Below, piece after piece: positions 9,186 to 15,604 of a stretch of 15,604 nucleotides of DNA. The stretch covers positions 1 through 15,604 of the forward strand of contig JADGIF010000187.1 of the NCBI GenBank assembly GCA_018985225.1. The letters are read 5' to 3'. The notes under the pieces are model-generated. The model saw only the letters and a list, made by a program, of their open reading frames with translations, did not search any database and was not told the origin of the DNA. Each line of letters opens with the position of its first letter. Position 1 is the stretch's first letter. Made by a program: the position numbers and the translations under genes. This DNA is from Amoeboradix gromovi X-113 (Eukaryota; Fungi; Sanchytriomycota).

Positions 9186-9560
9186 ATGTCGCATGACTGC
9201 AAACCTATAAAATGTCCATACTATGATGTTTGTGGTTCAACCAAAGTAAAATATAGTCTTGATATACATAGAGGTTATTGTATGAATTGTGCAGTGTTGA
9301 GATATAATTTGGGTAATAAAGAAACTGATGAAAAATATGAAAAGGCAAAACGTCTTCAAAAATGCTTTGGATGTTGTGATGGTAGAATCAACGATGATGA
9401 TGTTTGTACTTGCCCGCCAAAACCAGGTTGTTGTCATTCATGTAAAAGAAGATTAGTTGCTATCGGTTACGATAGAGTAAATGGAAGAGATCATCCTGAT
9501 TGGGAGTCGAGAACTCTTCATAAAAAATGTTGGATGGAATTAAGAGACTCGGAAGAATAG
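9186..9560 (+). CDS. Cys-rich putative zinc-binding protein, 124 aa, with a virus-like C-terminal motif
   Basis: Multiple CxxC pairs and a C-terminal CHSCKRRLVAIGYDRVNGRDHPDWESRTLHKKCW. Intact ORF. Confidence 0.7.
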   Translation: MSHDCKPIKCPYYDVCGSTKVKYSLDIHRGYCMNCAVLRYNLGNKETDEKYEKAKRLQKCFGCCDGRINDDDVCTCPPKPGCCHSCKRRLVAIGYDRVNGRDHPDWESRTLHKKCWMELRDSEE

Positions 9561-9641
9561 TAAAATTTTTTAAATGAATTTTGACTATCTACTTAAAATT
9601 GATTCAGAAGAAATCCATTTAGCATAAAGAAATAAACTTGT

Positions 9642-10010
9642 ATGAATATTATGAGTTCTAATGTATCAAATATTGATGATTGGATGACTCACGTGAAATA
9701 ATGTAGAATATTTGGTTGCAATTGTTTATCTATGAGTAAGTACTCCTCTAAATATCTTGATCCATATTTTTTAGTTTTAGAAGATAATAAAAATGCAGAA
9801 AAAAGGGATTGTAAAGAGACATTTTTATCAAAATATCTTCTAATGTACAACTTGAATTAACTTAAGTCATTGTTAGAAAATGAAAAGATATATACGATAA
9901 AAGGAGATGTTGATTTAAATAGCATTAAAATTTCATGTGGTGAGAATTCAGTAACAGATGAACAGATAAAAATAGTATTGGAAATTATGTCAAGTTCTTT
10001 AAATCAATAA
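9642..10010 (+). pseudogene. Decayed hypothetical ORF (122 codons, two in-frame TAA)
   Basis: A single frame runs from ATG 9642 to TAA 10008-10010, interrupted only by TAA at 9699 and 9858: MNIMSSNVSNIDDWMTHVK*CRIFGCNC...QIKIVLEIMSSSLNQ. Confidence 0.4.
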
Positions 10011-10126
10011 AGTAAATTTATATTATTGCTTTTTGAAGTTTACTTTATTTTAATTGATCAATTCATAAACCAACTCATAGTCTCGTTTTTTAAAGAGCAA
10101 TAGTGATATTTTATTTAAAATAATTA

Positions 10127-10227
10127 TTGTAAGGTCAATAGTTATGCTACAACCCTAAAATAAAGAGTGAATGAAAGAGTAAGAGAAAAGATGTACAGAA
10201 CATTTATTTTTGAAATTTCGATACAAA
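10127..10227 (+). repeat. Second copy of the 101-bp internal block
   Basis: 78/101 identical to 7161-7261. Confidence 0.85.
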
Positions 10228-10304
10228 AAGTTATTTATTTTCCTTTTATACTCGTTAACTCCGCAACTAGCTGAATGTCCACTCGCCTCTTAAATCCATA
10301 AAAT

Positions 10305-10371
10305 TAACAAAGCTGAAATAGTGTTCCAAGTTGCTACAGAAAGTTAGTCAAGTTTTTATATTTGATGTCCC
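10305..10371 (-). repeat. Sola-like transposon terminus, type B1
   Basis: The reverse complement GGGACATCAAATATAAAAACTTGACTAACTTTCTG..CACTATTTCA aligns over about 65 bp with 12464-12530. Followed by ATTT. Confidence 0.8.
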
Positions 10372-10547
10372 ATTTGGATATATAAATAAAGATTTTGATT
10401 GGTAGATCCAAGTACTTCAAAGGAGAGTAGATGCTTGGTAGAATAGTGTACCTTTATCGTCAAGTTAAATAGAGTACGAAAGTAAAAGTTAACTCATCTA
10501 TTGGATTCAAACTTGATTAACTATTAAATCATCATTGGTTGATAGCA

Positions 10548-11184
10548 GTGAAAGCAAGTAACAATGTAGCAACGTTATTGTTAGATTACATCTACTGTCT
10601 ACCAAAAAATCAAAGAGTAAATTTGATTTTTCATGCAGATAAATGTGTTGGCCAAAGCAAGAACAATAACATTATTAAGCTACTCAGCTGGCTGTGTCTC
10701 TTGGGAAAATTTAATACTATTGAATTTAAATTCATGATGAAAGGACACACTAAATTCAGTCCAGACAGCGGATTTGGTCATATTAAAAAGAGATTCGCAA
10801 GAGAAAATGTTTGTAATTTAGATTAAGTGAAAATGATTGTAGAAATGTCATCTGTGGCAATTGAATGTAAAACGTTTTCTAGTCACCGATTCAAGGACTA
10901 TCGATCTAAACTTGATTTGATGTTTGAAGATATTTCAGGAATTGCCAAGTATCATGTCTGTGTTTAAATCTGAATATCCTGGTGTTGTCTTTTGTAAGAA
11001 ATTGATTAATGATGCTGATTTTGTGGAATTTAATATGATAATAGAAGACGACTTGAGTCCGAATGATTGTTTATTTGTATATGAACCATTAGAACCACCT
11101 GAGCTAACTGAAAGAAAAAAGCGAGACATTGGTTGTTCATTAAGATATATTCTAGAAGAACATCATGCATTTTATGGTTTCTGA
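10548..11184 (+). pseudogene. Sola-superfamily (DDD) transposase, C-terminal fragment
   Basis: K.SNNVATLL.DYI..LIFHADKCVGQSKNN (cf. ADNCxGQNKN) and FMMKGHTKFSPDSGFGHIKK carry the 2nd and 3rd catalytic Asp motifs. Reading through TAA 10824-10826 gives VKMIVEMSS..FKDYRSKL..F..I.GIAKYH. A frameshift at about 10958 leads to FKSEYPGVV..L...KKRD. Confidence 0.8.
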
Positions 11185-11199
11185 ATGGCAAAACAGTTT

Positions 11200-12414
11200 T
11201 ACTAATCTTTAGCATTATCATGAAGAATTACTTCAATTCCATTGTCGTTATCTTGGTTTTCTATATCTATGTCAACATATTCTACGTGTTTCACTTACAA
11301 TTCTCTTTATTTGAAATTGTTCAAGAACGTCATCCATTAGTACCAATTGTATCACACGATTAGCACCTTCTCTTCTATGATTTGAAGCACTCTTCACAAT
11401 TGTTTGATGGCGAAATTTGTCTAAAGTGGTTGGCCGACTAAATCGAATACAAGCAGCAAAACAGACAACAATACAGATCTAAGAGGCATGCCTCTAATAA
11501 ACGTATCGTATAGATATTCAACTACCGGTGTTGTTCCATCAAACTTTACCCTAATCCACTCTTCAATTTGCTCTCTGGTAAAAGTTATCATCACTTGGTT
11601 TAGAGGTTGATTCGAGATAGTTGTATGATCCAGAGTAAACCCAGAAACACCTGCTTAGCTGGCCCGTAAATAAAGAGCATAATACTCGAAAAAATATACA
11701 AATCAGTATTTGCATTGTTAAATACTTCACGTGCACTTGTCTCATGTTCTCTTAATGCTGTAATACATGCTTCTGGTGTTTGTAAAAGTTAAGTGTTTAA
11801 TCAAGGCATGTACTTCAGGTTTTAGATACGCTAACTGGGTCATTTTTTTCAAAGATAAATTTCCTTGATTGTTGAAAGTTGGACGTGTCTACCAATCATC
11901 TTTCTATAACAGAAAAAATAACGTGTTATTTTAGGCGTTCTGATTGCTGGTCGCATTAAAGATTTAAATTTATTTTTTGGCCAGATGTCGTACGCTTGTT
12001 GACTTGCTACTGTATATGCTAACACCACATTTATTTTAGTAAGCAATTGAATTTATTCTTTTTCTTCTTTTTCGTTCTTCCTTTTCGTTCTTCCTTTTAA
12101 CGTCTTTCTTCTCTCTCCAATCCTAGTAAATAATCAATAGTAAACTCATCTTAACAGTTTAAAATCTTCCAGTAGTAATTTAAATGAACAATTGAAAGGG
12201 CTTCCGTTCTCTTTTTCAAAAAATCATCTCTACTTCTAATATATATGTCATCCATTGCATTCTTAATTGTATCATCAGTAAGAATATCGAAAATTAATTT
12301 AATCTTTTCCCTGTTGACTACTGATATATATTGTACTGTAGTACTAGTAAACAGGTCTTGTACAAATATTTTCTGGTCTCTTGTATTTTGCAAAAGGAAT
12401 TGGTAATAAGGCAT
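11200..12414 (-). pseudogene. Fragmented hypothetical gene(s) convergent with the Sola transposase, with a Cys-rich C-terminus
   Basis: Successive minus-strand frames: 12414-12151, a basic KRKNEKEERK stretch, 12046-11849, LQTPEACITALREHE.., FTREQIEEWIRVKF..YLYDTFIRG and YCCLFCC..CEECFKS*KRRC*SCD. Confidence 0.4.
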
Positions 12415-12463
12415 ATTTAAATAGACATCAAAGTTTTAATCAGCTTGACCTCCTCTAACAATT

Positions 12464-12880
12464 GGGACATCAAATATAAAAACTAGACCAACCTTCTGAA
12501 ATAGTTTGAATCACTATTTCAAGTGCGTTAACTGATAGTAAATTAAATTAGTCTGACTGGTTCAAGTAAATTATTTTAGTGTAAATGCTTTTCATCCATC
12601 AAAATCTTAGAAACAATGATTACAAGAAGAAGAGAAAACAAAAACAAGTTATTAAGAAGAAAAAGAGAATAGAAGATAATAGTGGTAAGTAGTAGATAAT
12701 GTGCCTTTTGCTTAGACGCTCAAAGACCTTATTTGAAAGAGATAGTGGGTTATCTTGTTATATTTTAAAGATATGAATGACATTAATGAGAGAAAAAGGA
12801 CTTTTAATAATAATAGTATTTCCTGCTTATGTGGCACCTCTTTTAAAGACGACTTAGTCTAGTCTTATATTTGATGTCTC
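12464..12880. mobile_element. MITE-like non-autonomous Sola-family element, 417 bp, AATT target-site duplication
   Basis: AATT|GGGACATCAAATATAAAAACTAGAC ... GTCTAGTCTTATATTTGATGTCTC|AATT: about 25-bp imperfect TIRs, a perfect 4-bp flanking duplication and a non-coding interior. Confidence 0.85.
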
Positions 12881-13100
12881 AATTGTATATTTTCTTACTG
12901 ATTTGTATGATATATACAAGATAAGTATTATTTTGCAGTTACTTTTATCAGTAGCTGATATTCACCAGAGAATAAAAATTACAGTCACCCGACCAATTCA
13001 TGTGATTTTGAATTTGCGAAATTCATGAAATTTGTGAAATATTTTCAGGTTGGGCGAATGAGGTGCGTATATAGTTATCATAGGATTTTTGACGCTACAA

Positions 13101-13376
13101 ATGCAAATATCTCTTTTATTAAATCATAATCACTTTTGCTTTTGTGGTCAGAGCTTCACCACTAAAAGAGCAAAGACCAGACATGAAAAAAGCGTTCACG
13201 GACCAGGAATCCTATGTAATCTTTGTGGTAAAAATCTCAAATGCTTCAACCGTAAAGACCTTCAAGTAAGGCACCTTATGGCTGGCTGTACTGGATTTAA
13301 ACGGTACTGCAAGCAGCAAAATAAGATTAGGGATAATCTGCAAGTTGATAAATCGATACATTTAGCTTTTGAGTAG
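13101..13376 (+). CDS. Small C2H2-type zinc-finger protein (91 aa from ATG 13101)
   Basis: Finger 1 FCFCGQSFTTKRAKTRHEKSVH; finger 2 LCNLCGKNL..RKDLQVRHLMAGC (C2HC). The track start at 13089 is TTG; the first ATG is at 13101. Confidence 0.7.
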   Translation: MQISLLLNHNHFCFCGQSFTTKRAKTRHEKSVHGPGILCNLCGKNLKCFNRKDLQVRHLMAGCTGFKRYCKQQNKIRDNLQVDKSIHLAFE

Positions 13377-13411
13377 CAAGTTTATTAATAAAAAAGTTTT
13401 GCCATCCATTC

Positions 13412-13570
13412 TTACTCATTAAAAGTCCTGATTTTTAAAAATTCAGGAATTTCCGGATCAAATAGTAACGCCAATCGCTCAATTACTGTCATTGCTCGCG
13501 CTTCCACTACGCTGAGGTGGGATTAAATGAAGATACATAATTAGCTTTGTTGCTGGCAAACGGTCCCTAT
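13412..13570 (-). pseudogene. Decayed 3' part of unknown multicopy gene family (copy C); upstream remnants may extend to about 14100
   Basis: Translation CIFI*SHLSVVEARAMTVIERLALLFDPEIPEFLKIRTFNE*. It shares the terminal TTTTAATGAGTA with copy A and the core 38-mer with copy B. Confidence 0.6.
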
Positions 13571-15024
13571 TTACACACATTTCTCTTCAAACTGCGTTTA
13601 AGAGCGCCATAGATTATTACTACTTAGATAAAAAATGCTTCATCGTATCCCACCAATGTCGCACCACTTTGTTTACAGATCCGTTTCTGAATATACTATT
13701 AACGCACTTATAAAAGTCTAGAAAGAGAGTATATTAAACTAATATATATCAAAAAGTGCTTCAAGTCCTCAAAGTTGATGAAGGTTCTGATTAACTCTGA
13801 TCAAGAGCAAATTTGGGCCCGGTAAGATCAGTAGAACATCATGGAAATATGCTGAGCTACCTTATTGAGTTATTTGCAAACTATTTTAATGCAAGCTTCA
13901 GCTCTGGTATGGTTATTGCTATTATGCTGTAAGGTTTTGGAATGTTGAAATCAGGTTCTATGTCATCGCCAACATGCATCCATTCATACTTACTAACTAG
14001 ACTGCTTCCATTTAATAAATGAGACCCATTCTGACAAACTGTCCTCATTCCCAAGTAGGAGGAACATCTAGAACCCACACTAGGCTACATTATTTTTAGC
14101 TCAGCATGCCTAACGCAACATGGATACGAAAAAACCAGACAAAAAGAGCCATTGCAAAAGACAAAAAAGATGGTAGTCGAGTACTAGAAAAACATTACAA
14201 ACATCAAGACAGAACATGAAAATAAAGTCTTGATGACATTTTATGGACTGACTCTTTCCAGGAAGTCCTCCGACTTAGACTTGGGACATTTTCTGAAGTT
14301 GCACATCAAAATTTAAGTTTTTGTATAAGCTGCTGCAGAAATTCGATTAACTGGGATTGCTAAGCGAATGAATAGAAGCGACTGGTTACCGCATAAGCAG
14401 AATTTTTGCTATAAAACAAAATCCTTGTTGCTTTGAACATCATACTAAAGGCCCTTCATGTAACACTTTTTTTGCCATATTTACTCCAAAACCACGTGGA
14501 AATAGAGAAAAAACGCATCTTATCTTTCCATTACCGTGGCAGTTATAGAGAACCGAAGTGTGTCCTGGTATATAATAGCGATGTCTTGAGATTTGCTGTA
14601 TTAATGATGTACAATTTGGGCCGATTTAGACTGATGATAACAAGTGACAAGCGGTTAAGCAGGCGTCAAAATATTTAACGGTTTCAATTTGAAATGCAGA
14701 AGTGAGAAGCAGATTTATTGTCAAGCATACACAAGCTAAGTCGACAGCATAAGTGAAATCAAATAATGTTATTATCCTTAGAATGCAGTTAAGTTGCGTT
14801 AGATGTCACAAAATCTTTATTGAGGGAATTTCTATCTTTAACAGCGAAGACTTTGCTGTCATTCGCTGGGCGATTTTAATTAGATATAAAAAGATTGAGT
14901 GTCATATCTTGGACCAGTCATGTACAATCAGCTCTGGCAAATGGTAACTCTGATTTACACTGATTATCGCCTTTTCAACAATCATAAAAAGCTGTTCTAA
15001 GAACAAACAATTAATTAAGAAGTA

Positions 15025-15064
15025 CTAGACCCATTGCTTAACTTTGACTGAACACTATTTCAGC
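15025..15064 (+). repeat. Degenerate type-B1 subterminal remnant
   Basis: CTAGACC...GAACACTATTTCAGC, at nearly the same spacing as in the 10371 and 12464 termini. The terminal GGG motif is eroded. Confidence 0.45.
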
Positions 15065-15447
15065 AAGATCGATTATTTTTCCATCTCATTAGCTTCTGTT
15101 TTCATTGTACTTGCTAATAAACATAGTTTATCCGACTTTTGGTTGAAATTCTTTCAAAGCTTGTTTGCATTTGACATCTAGTTCAAGAATATCTTAAGAA
15201 GACTTTTCAAACTCTTGTCTACGAGTTTTATTCTTTCTTTCATGATTTAATGATAAAAATCTTTATTTCTGATTTCAAGTTTGTGATTTCAATTGCCAAT
15301 GTATCATTGTCGTTACGAACTCTAACGCTTGTCCTTACAACTTATCCCCATGTTTGGTTATTCTATCTTTGTGATTTAGCATTGCCATCATTTTTGAGCG
15401 GATTCAATTAAATTGGCCTCGAGTCCTATCTATCCTTTTTTACTTTT

Positions 15448-15604
15448 GGGACACCAAATATAAAAACTAGACTCTCGTTTTTAAAGGAGGCGCTCCATAT
15501 GGAGGAAATGCTATCATTTATAAAAGATCTTCTATTATACCAATTTTCTTTCATTGATTGTATTCCTCTTTTCAAAATAAAACTAAAAGACCCTGCATCA
15601 CGTT
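15448..15604 (+). mobile_element. Start of another Sola-family element (type B2 terminus), running off the window
   Basis: GGGACACCAAATATAAAAACTAGACTCTCGTTTTTAAAGGAGGCGC..AGGAAATGCTAT aligns over about 80 bp with the reverse complement of 12800-12880. Confidence 0.75.

Larger units (their letters stand above)
9007..10371. mobile_element. Candidate non-autonomous Sola-like element (1365 bp) with cargo ORFs
   Basis: The left end GAGACACCAAAT (9007) and right end ATTTGATGTCCC (10371) form a 10/12 inverted repeat. The flanks ATTC / ATTT are a 3/4 match to a 4-bp TSD. Confidence 0.55.

Noticed and set aside
4902-10826. Repeated in-frame TAA stops (4902, 6844, 9699, 9858, 10824) suggesting a UAR=Gln genetic code
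   Set aside because: DID2 ends with TAA exactly at its conserved C-terminus (RLAKLRQ*) and the other host genes also end in TAA/TAG. The same elements carry frameshifts too, so ordinary decay explains the stops.
12061-12100. Tandem TTTTCGTTCTTCC repeat
   Set aside because: Two units of low-complexity sequence, explained as a Lys/Arg/Glu-rich stretch of the decayed minus-strand ORF.
6927-15475. CRISPR array formed by the recurring GGGACA(C/T)CAAAT repeats
   Set aside because: The spacing is irregular (hundreds of bp to kb), both orientations occur, and the context is eukaryotic. They fit transposon termini.

Overview
AT-rich eukaryotic window with short intronless genes, consistent with a compact fungus-like or protist genome. 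It uses the standard code and encodes a mitochondrial ribosomal protein. Four probable host genes are present: a 2H-phosphoesterase (AKAP7/ASCC1-like), ESCRT-III Did2/CHMP1, mitoribosomal mL49/Img2 and a C2H2 zinc-finger protein. They surround a mobile-element-rich block. (1) About 4495-6877 is a decayed IS630/Tc1-mariner (DD34E) transposon carrying a Fanzor (eukaryotic TnpB-like RNA-guided nuclease) gene. The two genes are now joined in frame. The Fanzor has lost its RuvC-I catalytic Asp and its C-terminal half, so this copy is almost certainly inactive. (2) From about 6927 to the window end there are several copies of a Sola-like DNA transposon family, with GRGACAYCAAAT termini, AWWT-like flanks and a Sola-type transposase fragment. 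Between the termini lie tightly packed cargo-like ORFs: a trypsin-like serine protease, a Cys-rich protein with a virus-like motif, and coiled-coil ORFs. (3) At least three decayed copies of an unknown gene family are scattered between the host genes. All family assignments come from motif recognition by eye; no searches were run.
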